A stretch of DNA of 47,094 bases from Ignavibacteriaceae bacterium (GCA_037388105.1 JARRKK010000057.1:1-47094), one strand, 5' to 3'; counted from the stretch's first letter, positions 19,937 to 30,254 are shown. Program-made: numbers and translations. Notes: generated by a model not told the origin, from the letters alone.

Positions 19937-21217
19937 CTATTTTAAAAGTATCATCTTCTTTGTTTGAACCATTCCGGCCGTCATTAATCGATAATAATAA
20001 ATTCCGCTTGTCAACTCTTCTCCTTCAATATTGGCGGAAAATTCAATTTCATATATTCCTGCAGGCTTTTCCGTATTCACAAGTGTAAAAACTTCGTTTC
20101 CTAAAACATCGTAAACTTTCAAAGAAACAAATCCAAATTCCGCTATGCCAAATCCGATTTTAGTGCCCGGGTTAAAGGGATTTGGATAATTCTGATAGAG
20201 CACAAAATCTTCAGGTAAAAAGGCACCTTCAATATTTATATTTACCGGTTGTGGAAAATATTTAATCACAACGCCCCTTTCTCCCACAGCATATCCTGTT
20301 AGTGAATCGGTAAACATTAAATCAAATATCACTGCACTGTCAGGAGTTTCTATTTCACTCCAGCTTTCACCGTTATTACGGGTAAAAAGAAACTTGAATC
20401 CCGATGCCGACCAACCTTCCGTTAAAGTTCTGAAATCAATAGCAAATGAAAGTGCCGTTAAGGGAAGTTCAGTATAAACCCAGCTTACTCCCGCATTACT
20501 AGATTTGATATTACCAGTTCCAAAAAACCCTTCCGGATCCCCGGAGAGTGTGATTGCATTAAATGAGTCAAAAACAAACAGATCATAAACCTCATCGGGA
20601 CTCACACCGGTTGCTGACCAGTTCTTACCAAAATCAGTTGTTCTCCAGATTACACCTGCAAAATCAAGAACGCCCCCACAGGCATAACCAAATTTTCTGC
20701 TGTAAAAATTGAATTTCAATACAGGCAGACCAGAAATAAGGTTAGAATCAATATTTGCTTCCTGCCAGGACAAGCCACCATCTGTTGTCCCGGCTATTGT
20801 TGATCCACCAAGCCAGCCCTCTAACGAATCAAAGTAAAAAACAGTGGTCATAAAAACATTATCTTCGGGATAGTCAATTGGCAACCAGTCTTCTCCACCG
20901 TTAGTCGTTTTAAGTACTGTTGTTCCAAAAGGCGGAACATTTCTTAAAGTTAAAGCCCAGCCTAAATTTTTATTTAAAAAGAAAAGATCGACAATAAAAG
21001 TAGTTACACTACTGTTCTGTTCAGTCCAGGAAATTGCGCCATCTGTGGTATGGATAATTATTCCATCTGCACCGGAACACCATCCTGTAAGACTATCAAT
21101 AAAGAACACATGACGTAGTAACTTATCGGTAGGTTGTGCTATTTTTTCCCAATGACCCTGCCCATTTGCAATTGAAGAAAAAAGAACAATCACAATAAAC
21201 GAGGAAAATATTTTCAT
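19937..21217 (-). CDS. Secreted beta-propeller protein (BNR/Asp-box, Ycf48-like repeats) with a T9SS C-terminal sorting domain
   Basis: 426-aa ORF with a signal peptide. There are six S/T-x-D/N-x-G-x-x-W repeats (TTDGAISW, TTNGGEDW, TTDGGLSW, TTDFGKNW, SSNAGVSW, TRNNGESW). The C-terminus reads LYQNYPNPFNPGTKIGF...YYYRL..., typical of T9SS type-A CTDs. Confidence 0.85.
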   Translation of the reverse strand: MKIFSSFIVIVLFSSIANGQGHWEKIAQPTDKLLRHVFFIDSLTGWCSGADGIIIHTTDGAISWTEQNSSVTTFIVDLFFLNKNLGWALTLRNVPPFGTTVLKTTNGGEDWLPIDYPEDNVFMTTVFYFDSLEGWLGGSTIAGTTDGGLSWQEANIDSNLISGLPVLKFNFYSRKFGYACGGVLDFAGVIWRTTDFGKNWSATGVSPDEVYDLFVFDSFNAITLSGDPEGFFGTGNIKSSNAGVSWVYTELPLTALSFAIDFRTLTEGWSASGFKFLFTRNNGESWSEIETPDSAVIFDLMFTDSLTGYAVGERGVVIKYFPQPVNINIEGAFLPEDFVLYQNYPNPFNPGTKIGFGIAEFGFVSLKVYDVLGNEVFTLVNTEKPAGIYEIEFSANIEGEELTSGIYYYRLMTAGMVQTKKMILLK

Positions 21218-21804
21218 TTGAAAAAGTTAAAAATCCACAATTTTGCTATAATAAAATACTTATAACTATCATAATCAGGTATACGAATTTTTGGATAGTC
21301 TAAAAGAGAAGAGATAGATTGCTTTCTTTAATTAGAACATAAAAGTTTTCCTGATCAATATTATCTCTGTAAAGAGAATATTTGCAGGAATGAGAGAACT
21401 CATCGGGTCGCTCTACCACATATGAGGAAATTATAAGAGAATCAAATCTAAACAAATTATCAAAGCCAATCTGCTGGCAATACATAAGACATCAACTTTG
21501 GTTTGCAAATAAATATTTTGTTGTATATTTAAGTTTTACGTTTATAATCGGCTCAAAACAAAGTAACACATATTTAATAATATTATTTAGATAAATGCAG
21601 TAATGAAGCTTGCATCTTCGTCTCAGGTTCATTTATGTATGAAATTTGGAAATAGGAGTTATTTTGTCTTCAAAATAATCCTTATGTTGAGCAATCCAGA
21701 AATAGTTCCCCATCAAATGGGATAATATAATTATCTCACACCTTCTGGTTGAGGCTATTTGGGTGTTTGCAGCTTAATCTGTTCAATCTTATTTTTTTAT
21801 AATT

Positions 21805-23205
21805 ATGGAGGAAACAAAAATGAATGCTCAATATAAATTTACATTATCAGAGAAAGACATACCTGAAGCCTGGTACAACATTAATCCGGATATGCCTGTC
21901 AATCCTGATAAAACTGCCTGGAATGTTGTGCTGCATCCCGGCACCAAAGAGCCAGTCACACCGGAATTTCTCTCTGTGCTCTTCCCAATGAGGTTCATTG
22001 GAGAAGCAGTTAGTATGGATCGATGGATTGATATTCCGGAGCCGGTTCGCGAAATTTACAAGCTCTGGCGACCCACACCATTGTTCCGCGCCCACCGGCT
22101 CGAGAAAGCTCTCAATACACCCGCCCATATATACTACAAGTATGAGGGTGTTTCTCCGGTTGGCTCTCACAAACCCAACACTGCCGTAGCGCAGGCATTT
22201 TATGCCAAAGAAGAAGGTGTTACCGGCATCACCACGGAAACTGGAGCCGGACAGTGGGGCAGTGCTATGTCAATGGCCTGCAATTTTTTTGGCTTGGAGT
22301 GTCACGTTTATATGGTTGGAGTGTCATACAACCAAAAGCCCTATCGTCGCATTCTCATTGAAAGCTACGGTGCATCGGTAACATCCAGCCCCTCAAATAA
22401 AACTCAGTACGGAAAAAAAGTATTGGCAGAGGATCCGAATAGTCCTGGATCGCTGGGGATTGCAATTTCAGAAGCGGTTGAAGCTGCTGTGGTTTCGAAA
22501 GGCAAATATAAATACTCACTGGGGTCGGTTCTAGGACCAGTATTGATGCATCAATCTGTTATCGGCCAGGAAAGCTTAAAGCAGATGGAGATGGCTGGTG
22601 AATATCCTGATATTGTGATTGGTTGTGCCGGTGGTGGTAGTAACTTTGCTGGCTTTGCTTTCCCCTTTCTACATCAGAACTTCACTAATGACAGGAATAC
22701 CCTTGTTATTGCGGTTGAACCAGCAGCGTGTCCTACTCTAACCCGAGGTAGTTACACTTTTGACTATGGGGATACGGCAGCAACGGCTCCCATAATGAAA
22801 ATGCACACACTAGGTCACACGTTTGTTCCTCCAGGCATCCACGCGGGCGGACTACGTTACCATGGTATGGCTCCCCATGTAAGTGCTTTGGTTGACAACG
22901 GCAACGTTGAGGCTGTAGCGGTTCATCAGGTTGCCACATTTGAGGCTGCAATGCAGTTTGCCAAAACCGAGGGCATTATTCCTGCACCCGAATCTGCACA
23001 CGCAATCAGGACGACAATAGATGAAGCACTGAAGTGCAAGAAAGAGGGCATTGGCAAAGTGATTGTATTCAACCTGTCTGGACATGGTCACTTTGATTTA
23101 TCGGCCTACGACAGTTACTTGCGGGGTGAATTGATAGATTATGAATACCCGGAAGAAAAGGTCCGCGAAGAAATGTCCCATTTGCCGGAAGTGAGCCTGA
23201 GATAA
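21805..23205 (+). CDS. trpB: TrpB-like PLP-dependent enzyme, long 'type 2' tryptophan synthase beta (TrpB2)
   Basis: The 466-aa ORF has the PLP-lysine region VGSHKPNTAVAQAF and the phosphate loop CAGGGSNFAG, plus the N-terminal extension typical of TrpB2 (~450 aa). There is no trpA nearby. An alternative start is ATG 21820, preceded by GGAGGA. Confidence 0.88.
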   Translation: MEETKMNAQYKFTLSEKDIPEAWYNINPDMPVNPDKTAWNVVLHPGTKEPVTPEFLSVLFPMRFIGEAVSMDRWIDIPEPVREIYKLWRPTPLFRAHRLEKALNTPAHIYYKYEGVSPVGSHKPNTAVAQAFYAKEEGVTGITTETGAGQWGSAMSMACNFFGLECHVYMVGVSYNQKPYRRILIESYGASVTSSPSNKTQYGKKVLAEDPNSPGSLGIAISEAVEAAVVSKGKYKYSLGSVLGPVLMHQSVIGQESLKQMEMAGEYPDIVIGCAGGGSNFAGFAFPFLHQNFTNDRNTLVIAVEPAACPTLTRGSYTFDYGDTAATAPIMKMHTLGHTFVPPGIHAGGLRYHGMAPHVSALVDNGNVEAVAVHQVATFEAAMQFAKTEGIIPAPESAHAIRTTIDEALKCKKEGIGKVIVFNLSGHGHFDLSAYDSYLRGELIDYEYPEEKVREEMSHLPEVSLR

Positions 23206-23418
23206 TAATTTTTTGTTATTGATAAACCGGATCAAGGCTATTACTCAAATTATACGAAGCATTTAATGGCAAGTAATCTATTGGTGAGTTGAGTATTTCC
23301 ACCTGAATTGTTCTCTTCACTATCCGAAAATGCAAGACGAGATTGATTTCAAATTGAGATGATTTATTGAGTAGGATTTTTAATATCTCAATTAAAATTT
23401 GTTGAAATCGCGCGAATT

Positions 23419-24222
23419 TTACTTCTCGGAATAAAGCATATCCCCAACTTTTATTACTCCCGTTCTCTCACAAACCATGTTCTGTCCAAATAGAACTTCT
23501 CCATTATTGTTTCTAAATTGTGCTAACGTTTTAAGCGGCTCCTGCCCGCTCTCACCCGAATCCTGATTAACTGTGGTAACCGAACACCTTGCGCATGGCT
23601 TAACGACTTTAAATTCAGTGTCTCCTATTTTTACTTTCTTCCATTTGTCTTCATCAAAGGCATCTCCCCCGCTAAACACTAAGTTTGGCCTGAATCTGTT
23701 CATTGGCAGGGGGACTGCCAGACGATTGTTCAGGTCATTTAATGATTCTTCACCAGTAATCAAAAATGGATATCCATCAGCGAAGCTAACAATTTTATTT
23801 TTTGCGAAAACCGGGTTAACCTTTCTCTTTGTAGAATCAGGCATATAAACTAAACTGCATTTAATCCCAATTGCTTTACTGAACCAATCATTAACATTGC
23901 CTCTATATTTTAGTGCTTGGACACTATCACGCCAAATTTGCACATAAATCTCCTCAACATCATAGAAATTTTCCTGGATACTTAATACCGGGAGTATGTT
24001 TTTCTTGTGCTTACTCAATAACCCAGTACCCGTTTTCTCAACTTCAATCAAAGCCATTTGTGGATAAGATCTCTGAGTTATAAAACAGTTAGTCTCATCA
24101 ACCAGCATCCACCGTCGGTCGCACATTAAACCCCTTTCTTCAACCTGCGCTGTTTGCAGCGAAATGCCACCGAGAGATTTAATAGGATAAATATTAATTT
24201 CTGATAAGAAGTATCTGGCCAT
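23419..24222 (-). CDS. MOSC domain protein (YcbX-like, N-terminal beta-barrel plus MOSC)
   Basis: The 267-aa ORF starts with ..INIYPIKSLGG... and DRRWMLVD. The conserved MOSC cysteine context KPCARCSVTTVNQDSG is present. Confidence 0.88.
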   Translation of the reverse strand: MARYFLSEINIYPIKSLGGISLQTAQVEERGLMCDRRWMLVDETNCFITQRSYPQMALIEVEKTGTGLLSKHKKNILPVLSIQENFYDVEEIYVQIWRDSVQALKYRGNVNDWFSKAIGIKCSLVYMPDSTKRKVNPVFAKNKIVSFADGYPFLITGEESLNDLNNRLAVPLPMNRFRPNLVFSGGDAFDEDKWKKVKIGDTEFKVVKPCARCSVTTVNQDSGESGQEPLKTLAQFRNNNGEVLFGQNMVCERTGVIKVGDMLYSEK

Positions 24223-24246
24223 TATATATATTTTTATATACTCTTA

Positions 24247-25560
24247 TTATCGAAGCGATAAAAGAAATTCCTTAAATGATGAGAATAGATTTGGGAGCAT
24301 GACAGTCGTCTTCTGTTTATGTAATACTGATTTTAAATTTTCAGGCATCTTCACTTTCGTTTCTATAGCCTCTTCGACAGTATCAAGAAATTTTGCCGGA
24401 TGGGCAGTCTCAATAAATATTGCGTTAACTTTTTCATCTTCATTATCTTGTTGAAGATAGTTTTGTAAACCTAAATAACCAACAGCACCATGTGGATCCA
24501 TAATATAATTATACTTTTTATAGACATCCCGAATTACTTTAATTGTTTGTGAATCGTTGAAGGAACATCCAGAAACATCTTTACGCAGTTTTTCAACACT
24601 ATCATCGTAAAGCGACAGCATTCTTACAAAGTTACTAGGATTACCAACATCCATAGCGTTTGAAATTGTATTGATAGAGGTAGCTGGTATATACGTACCT
24701 GTCTTTAAATATTGAGGAACAACATCATTTACATTTGAAGACAACACAAATTTTTTTATTGGTAGACCCATGCGTTTTGCTATCAGGCCGCTTGTAAGAT
24801 TACCTAAATTTCCGCTTGGTACTGAAATAACAACAGGATCGTTGTTAATTTTCTTAGCTTGTGCATAAGCATAAAAATAATAAAACGACTGAGGTATTAA
24901 GCGGGCAATATTTATAGAATTAGCGGATGTAAGAGAAAAGAGCTTTTCTAACTCTGGATCTAAAAACGCCTCCTTTACAATCCTCTGACAATCATCAAAA
25001 GTTCCACCGATTTCAAAAGCAGTAATGTTGTTGGCAAATGTAGTCAGTTGCTGTTCCTGAATATAACTTACTTTATGGCTAGGGTAGAGTAGGAATACAC
25101 TAATACCGGGCACATTGAGAAATCCACTAGCGACAGCGCTTCCGGTATCTCCCGATGTTGCCACAAGAATTGTTAATTCCTTTCCTGATTGTTTAGCATA
25201 GTATCCCATTAACTTAGCCATAAAACGTGCTGCAAAATCTTTAAACGCATGAGTTGGTCCATGAAACAATTCCAGACTGAATAAATTACTATCGAGCTCT
25301 CTCAATGGAGCATCGAAATCGAATGCCTCAGTAATGATTGCTCTTAACTTATCTTCCGGAAGTTCCTCGCTTAAATATTTATTTGCAACGCGGAAAGAAA
25401 TTTCGTGAAAGGTTAAATCTGGTAATATGTTAAAAAAATCGGCGGATAATTCCGGGATTTGTTTCGGCATATAAAGACCATTGTCATCAGGTAGACTTCT
25501 TAATACTGCTGTTTTAAAATCAACCTCAGGACTTTTTTTATTTGTACTATAAAAAATCAT
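24247..25560 (-). CDS. thrC: Threonine synthase
   Basis: The 437-aa ORF has the PLP-lysine motif HGPTHAFKDFAARF and the TSGDTGSA loop. It is the last gene of the thr operon, 8 nt after thrB. Confidence 0.95.
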   Translation of the reverse strand: MIFYSTNKKSPEVDFKTAVLRSLPDDNGLYMPKQIPELSADFFNILPDLTFHEISFRVANKYLSEELPEDKLRAIITEAFDFDAPLRELDSNLFSLELFHGPTHAFKDFAARFMAKLMGYYAKQSGKELTILVATSGDTGSAVASGFLNVPGISVFLLYPSHKVSYIQEQQLTTFANNITAFEIGGTFDDCQRIVKEAFLDPELEKLFSLTSANSINIARLIPQSFYYFYAYAQAKKINNDPVVISVPSGNLGNLTSGLIAKRMGLPIKKFVLSSNVNDVVPQYLKTGTYIPATSINTISNAMDVGNPSNFVRMLSLYDDSVEKLRKDVSGCSFNDSQTIKVIRDVYKKYNYIMDPHGAVGYLGLQNYLQQDNEDEKVNAIFIETAHPAKFLDTVEEAIETKVKMPENLKSVLHKQKTTVMLPNLFSSFKEFLLSLR

Positions 25561-25568
25561 TGCTCCTT

Positions 25569-26406
25569 TTAGGATATTATACGTGGCCCCTCTTTATTGA
25601 TTTCTGAAATATAGATGTTATTATCAATATCTTTTTTATCACAAGCTGCTTTCATCGCTTGCCCAACATTATTTGCTATGCTTTTAGATTTTGATAACGC
25701 AAATATTGCTGGGCCAGAACCTGAGATACTGCATCCTAGAGCACCGGCATTCATTGCAGCTTTTTTAATTTCTATAAAACCCGGTATTAGTTTTGAGCGT
25801 AGTGGTTCAGCTATAACATCTTGAAGTGAGCGTCCAATTAAATCGTAATCATTCTTTAATAAACCAGTAACCAAACCTCCTACGTTTCCCCATTGTGTTA
25901 CAGCATCTTTAAGAAGAATTTTTTTAGAGAGGATTTTACGGGCGAATTCTGTTTTTATTTCCCAAAAGGGATGAAGTATTGTGCACATAAGTTTAGCAGG
26001 CACTTCAAGCGATAAAGTATCTAATGGATTATAGCTACGTATTAGGACAAATCCGCCCAGTAATGACGGGGCTGCATTATCAGCATGAGCTGAACCACAA
26101 GCAGCTTTTTCTGCCTCTAACACAAAAGGTAACAACTCATTTCTTGATAGCGGATTATCAAACAATATATTTGTTGCGTATACTGCAGCTACAGCAGAAG
26201 CAGCACTTGATCCAAGCCCGCTTCCCATTGGCATTTTTTTATGCAGCTCAATTTCAATTCCCTATTTTTAAAAACACACCTGGCTTTTCAATTTTCCTTA
26301 CAGTAGCTATATCGCCGGGTTCGTGAACAGCGAATCCCATTACATCAAAACCACATGCAACATTTGATACTGTTGCAGGTGCGAACACGCTAACTTCACG
26401 CGGCAT
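25569..26406 (-). pseudogene. thrB: Homoserine kinase, interrupted by a missing ~30-aa block plus a frameshift
   Basis: The C-terminal piece is 25569..26234 (..KKMPMGSGLGSSAASAVAAV.., GSGPAIFAL). By my translation the N-terminal piece is 26254..26406 (MPREVSVFAPATVSNVACGFDVMGFAVHEPGDIATVRKIEKPGVFLKIGN*). The downstream frame resumes with GIEIELHKKMP. The Pro of the kinase motif is at ~59 here versus 91 in E. coli ThrB. Confidence 0.85.
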
Positions 26407-26446
26407 TAATAATCTCCTAACATGGAATAACAGTTAATCAAAGATT

Positions 26447-28891
26447 TCAATTAAGTATTCTGATAATATCAGCAAATAAACCCGCAGCAGTCACCTCGGC
26501 ACCGGCACCAGGACCTTTAATTACAAGAGGGCGATCGTTATAACGATCAGTTGTAAACGAGATGATGTTATCACTTCCGGATAAATTATAAAACGGATGG
26601 TTTGATTCAACAGCCTGAAGCGTTACCTGTGCATTACCATTTTCCAGTAAAGCAATATATCTTAAAACCTTTCCTTTTCTTTCCGCAGCAACACGACGTT
26701 TTTCAAACTCCGAATTGGATTTTTCGAATTCCTCAAAAAATTTTTCAATCGATGGTGTGCTACTACAATTTTCAGGTACCAGGTTTTCTACTTTTATGTC
26801 ATTTAATTCCAGAGGAATTCCTATTTCCCTTCCTAATATCAGTAGTTTGCGTGCCACATCCAGGCCATTTAAATCATCACGCGGATCTGGCTCAGTATAT
26901 CCGGTTTTCATAGCCATATATACGACTTCGCTGAAAGATTTTTCTTTACCAAAAGAATTAAAAATATAGCTTAATGTACCAGACAGAATTGCTTCTATTT
27001 TCAAAATCTTATCTCCACTTCCTCGTAGATCATTTAATGTACTAATTATTGGAAGACCCGCACCGACGTTTGTTTCATATAGAAATCTTGAACCACTTCG
27101 TGATGCCGCCTTTTTTAATTTGCTATATAAATCAAAACTTCCTGAATTTGCCTTTTTATTTGCAGTAACGATAGAGATACTTGCATCAAAAATTTTTTTA
27201 TAATAATCGATAATTTTATCACTGGAAGTACAATCTATAAACACACTGTTTGGTAAATTCTGAGCAATCATATTATCTATGAATGACTTCAGATCAACAC
27301 TAGCCACGGATTCATCTAGTTGTTCTTGCCACTTTTCAAGTTTTATCCCATTTGCATCAAAAACATTTTTTCGAGTGTTGGTTAATGCAACAAGTTTAAT
27401 TTCAATTTGTCTTTCAGTTTTTAAAAAATGGTAATGGTCATTCAATTGATTAAGCAATGTACCACCTACAAGACCGGTACCAACAAAAAAGAGGTTTAAT
27501 GATCGTGTCTCAGACAAAAAGAATGAATCGTGAATTGCATTAAGTGCTTTTACCTCGTCTTGTTTTGGAACGGCAACAGAAATATTGAGTTCCGAAGAAC
27601 CCTGCGCAATTGTTACTACATTAATTCCGTTATTACCAAGTGCCTGAAAAAGACGTCCGGATATTCCCGGCGTCTTGCGCATATTTTCTCCAACAACAGC
27701 AATAACAGATAAGTTAGTTTCAACAATCGGAGGGTCGATTTGTTTGGTTTCAATTTCAAGACTAAATTCTTCTTCGATTATATTTTTTGCCCTTTCGGAA
27801 TCACTCGGTGCAACGGCAAAACATATTGAGTGTTCGGAAGATGCCTGGGTTATTAATATTATATTAATTCTTTCTTTTGCAAGAGTGCCAAAAACGCGCA
27901 TAGCCGTTCCGGTTACACCAAACATCCCACTACCCTGAACACGAAACAAAGCAATCTCCGGGATCGAAGTAACAGATTTAATTAAATAAGCAACAGGGGA
28001 AATTTCATCACTAATTATTGTACCGGAAAAATCTTTATTAAAGGTATTTCGAATTATTATTGGTATTTTCTCGTTCAATGCTGGTTGCATTGTAGGGGGA
28101 TGAATAACATTAGCTCCGAAAAGGGACATTTCCATTGCTTCTTCATAAGTCAGTCTGTTAATGGAAAAAGCCTTGGGAACTTTTCTTGGATCAGCTGTCA
28201 TAACACCATTTACATCTGTCCAAATTTCAATTTCCTTGGCATTTAATGCGGCGGCAACAATTGATGTAGTATAATCAGAACCTCCTCTGCCAAGAGTAGT
28301 GGTTTCAGAATTTTCTGTAAAACCTAAAAATCCTGTAATGACAGTTAACCCGGAATGAGATTTAAAGTAATCTTTTAGGTTCTGGTTGGACACCATAAAA
28401 TTTACTCTTGCCGCCCCAAAGCTCTTATCTGTTCTTATTACATTACGGGCATCAAGATAATGTACTTTTTCTAAACTGTCTTTTAAACTTTCACTAACTA
28501 TAAAACAAGACAGTCTTTCACCAAAACTCATAACAAAATCAAGCGTTCTTGCAGATAATTCTTTCACCAAAAAGATTCCGTGCAATATATCTTTCAACTC
28601 TTCAAAGGATTGATTTACAGTTTTTTGTACTTTCGATTGATTTTGTTTGATTAGGGTAGAAATAAATTGTGAATGAAAATCGATAAAATTTTGTAGCAAC
28701 ACCTTATATTGATTATCACCCAATCTGGCATTGTTGCTAATTTCAATTAGCTGATCTGTTGAATTTCCGAATGCGGAAAGTATTACAGCAAAATTGGCAT
28801 TTTTGCTTGATACTTCCTTAATAATATTTATTACATCTTTGGCTCTTTCCGGTGTTCCAATAGATGAGCCGCCAAATTTCATCACCTTCAT
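26447..28891 (-). CDS. thrA: Bifunctional aspartokinase / homoserine dehydrogenase
   Basis: The 814-aa ORF has the aspartokinase N-terminus MKFGGSSIG, ACT region, homoserine dehydrogenase NAD motif VGTGLVGG, and a C-terminal catalytic domain. Its length matches E. coli ThrA (820 aa). Confidence 0.95.
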   Translation of the reverse strand: MKVMKFGGSSIGTPERAKDVINIIKEVSSKNANFAVILSAFGNSTDQLIEISNNARLGDNQYKVLLQNFIDFHSQFISTLIKQNQSKVQKTVNQSFEELKDILHGIFLVKELSARTLDFVMSFGERLSCFIVSESLKDSLEKVHYLDARNVIRTDKSFGAARVNFMVSNQNLKDYFKSHSGLTVITGFLGFTENSETTTLGRGGSDYTTSIVAAALNAKEIEIWTDVNGVMTADPRKVPKAFSINRLTYEEAMEMSLFGANVIHPPTMQPALNEKIPIIIRNTFNKDFSGTIISDEISPVAYLIKSVTSIPEIALFRVQGSGMFGVTGTAMRVFGTLAKERINIILITQASSEHSICFAVAPSDSERAKNIIEEEFSLEIETKQIDPPIVETNLSVIAVVGENMRKTPGISGRLFQALGNNGINVVTIAQGSSELNISVAVPKQDEVKALNAIHDSFFLSETRSLNLFFVGTGLVGGTLLNQLNDHYHFLKTERQIEIKLVALTNTRKNVFDANGIKLEKWQEQLDESVASVDLKSFIDNMIAQNLPNSVFIDCTSSDKIIDYYKKIFDASISIVTANKKANSGSFDLYSKLKKAASRSGSRFLYETNVGAGLPIISTLNDLRGSGDKILKIEAILSGTLSYIFNSFGKEKSFSEVVYMAMKTGYTEPDPRDDLNGLDVARKLLILGREIGIPLELNDIKVENLVPENCSSTPSIEKFFEEFEKSNSEFEKRRVAAERKGKVLRYIALLENGNAQVTLQAVESNHPFYNLSGSDNIISFTTDRYNDRPLVIKGPGAGAEVTAAGLFADIIRILN

Positions 28892-29030
28892 TAGATTGTA
28901 GTAATCCTTTTTTCTTTTAGTATCTATCTTTTCAGTCTGGATAAATTGATTATTATAATAAGTGCAATTTAATCATAAATAAGGCAGATGTCTTGTGTGT
29001 TCTAGTAACTCGGAAAGTCTAATAAAAATA

Positions 29031-30254
29031 TTAATTTTTAATGGTTATTAAGGTTATCTCTGGTGTTGAATTGTATCGTAAAGGAGCAAGTGACATTCCC
29101 AAACCGCGTGTTACAATCACAAGTATATCATTGAACCAAAAGTCACCACGTATATAGCTCGTCTCAAAAAGCGTTGGTGTAAGCCAAATAAAAGGGAATA
29201 AAAAGGTGATTTGTCCCCCATGAGTATGGCCAGCAAGAAAAAGATTATAGTTGTTTTTTGTTGCTGCATCTATTAAATGTTGCCGGGGCTGATGCGTTAG
29301 AAAAATTTTTAAGTCACCCGATCCGGTTTTTACCAGGCTATCCAGTGTTGAGTTTTGAATTTTTTCAACATAAGTATAAGTAATAAATGTAATATCTATT
29401 GTAGCACTATCAACTTTAATCATTCGGTATGAGTTATCAATCATTTCGACATTATTTTTCTTCAAAGCATTTTTTACTTCTGTCAGACTTCTAGTTACAT
29501 CTCCGCGGTATGCCCAGTTATCATGATCGCCTATGCACGAAAAAATACCATAACGCGAATGAAGCGTACCTATAAGATTTGCACTAATATCTATATACTT
29601 CGGTCCGGTAGTAATAAAATCACCAGCAACTAATATCAAATCCGTATCAAGTGCATTTACTTTATCTATATAATCTTTTAGTCTGCCCTCATCAGTGTAA
29701 TGATCTGCCTGAAGGTCTGAAATAAATGCAATTCTGAAATTATTCAGAGCGTCCGGCAAACCCGACTTTTTATATTCAACAGGTCTTACAGAAACCTCAT
29801 TGTAGTCATAGATAATCCTTGCCGGGATATAAACGATAAAAAATCCCGTTAGTATAAATACTAATACAGATTGGGTTTTTAAAAGTATGTCCTTGTGTTT
29901 TTTGTAAAAAGGGAATAACAGCAATTTAAAAATATCAATGACCAAAAAATAAATACCAACCTGTATTGTAAGAATAAAAAATATCCAGAAAGGGTATATA
30001 AACAAGTAATCGAATATCCGACTTTCCGGCATAGTCATATACTCTGAAGTAATAGCAAAATAAACGTAAACAATGATCAGAACTATAGGATACATATTCA
30101 TCCAAACAAAAAATATCCTTTTCAAGATTTTGAATTTATCTTTGTAAAATGATGGGACAAGATATTTCAGGGCCAGTGAGGTTTTCTTTATGAAATAATA
30201 CTCAACAACTACAAGTATCACTAATCCAATCAACAGTCTCACAATTATCCACAT
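29031..30254 (-). CDS. Membrane-anchored metallophosphoesterase
   Basis: 407-aa ORF with about five N-terminal TM helices. The calcineurin-like motifs follow: ISDLQAD, VAGDFI, GDHDNW, GHTHGGQ. Confidence 0.85.
   Translation of the reverse strand: MWIIVRLLIGLVILVVVEYYFIKKTSLALKYLVPSFYKDKFKILKRIFFVWMNMYPIVLIIVYVYFAITSEYMTMPESRIFDYLFIYPFWIFFILTIQVGIYFLVIDIFKLLLFPFYKKHKDILLKTQSVLVFILTGFFIVYIPARIIYDYNEVSVRPVEYKKSGLPDALNNFRIAFISDLQADHYTDEGRLKDYIDKVNALDTDLILVAGDFITTGPKYIDISANLIGTLHSRYGIFSCIGDHDNWAYRGDVTRSLTEVKNALKKNNVEMIDNSYRMIKVDSATIDITFITYTYVEKIQNSTLDSLVKTGSGDLKIFLTHQPRQHLIDAATKNNYNLFLAGHTHGGQITFLFPFIWLTPTLFETSYIRGDFWFNDILVIVTRGLGMSLAPLRYNSTPEITLITIKN

Noticed and set aside
21300-21485. 61-aa minus-strand ORF in the long spacer upstream of trpB2.
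   Set aside because: It has no recognisable domain, signal or ribosome-binding context and lies in very AT-rich sequence. It is kept only as a note under the spacer finding.
21600-21804. Trp-type transcription attenuator or leader peptide ahead of trpB2.
   Set aside because: The only plausible leader ORF contains no Trp codons, and there is no terminator/antiterminator pair with a U-tract.
21847-23091. Cluster of antisense or alternative-frame ORFs (107, 63, 72 and 79 aa) over trpB2.
   Set aside because: This is expected in a locally GC-richer gene. The trpB2 frame has unambiguous PLP-enzyme motifs, and the others have none.
23352-23393. 9-bp inverted repeat AATTGAGAT..N24..ATCTCAATT between the convergent trpB2 and MOSC genes, considered as a bidirectional terminator.
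   Set aside because: The loop is 24 nt and there is no clean T-tract on either side. It is not convincing as an intrinsic terminator.
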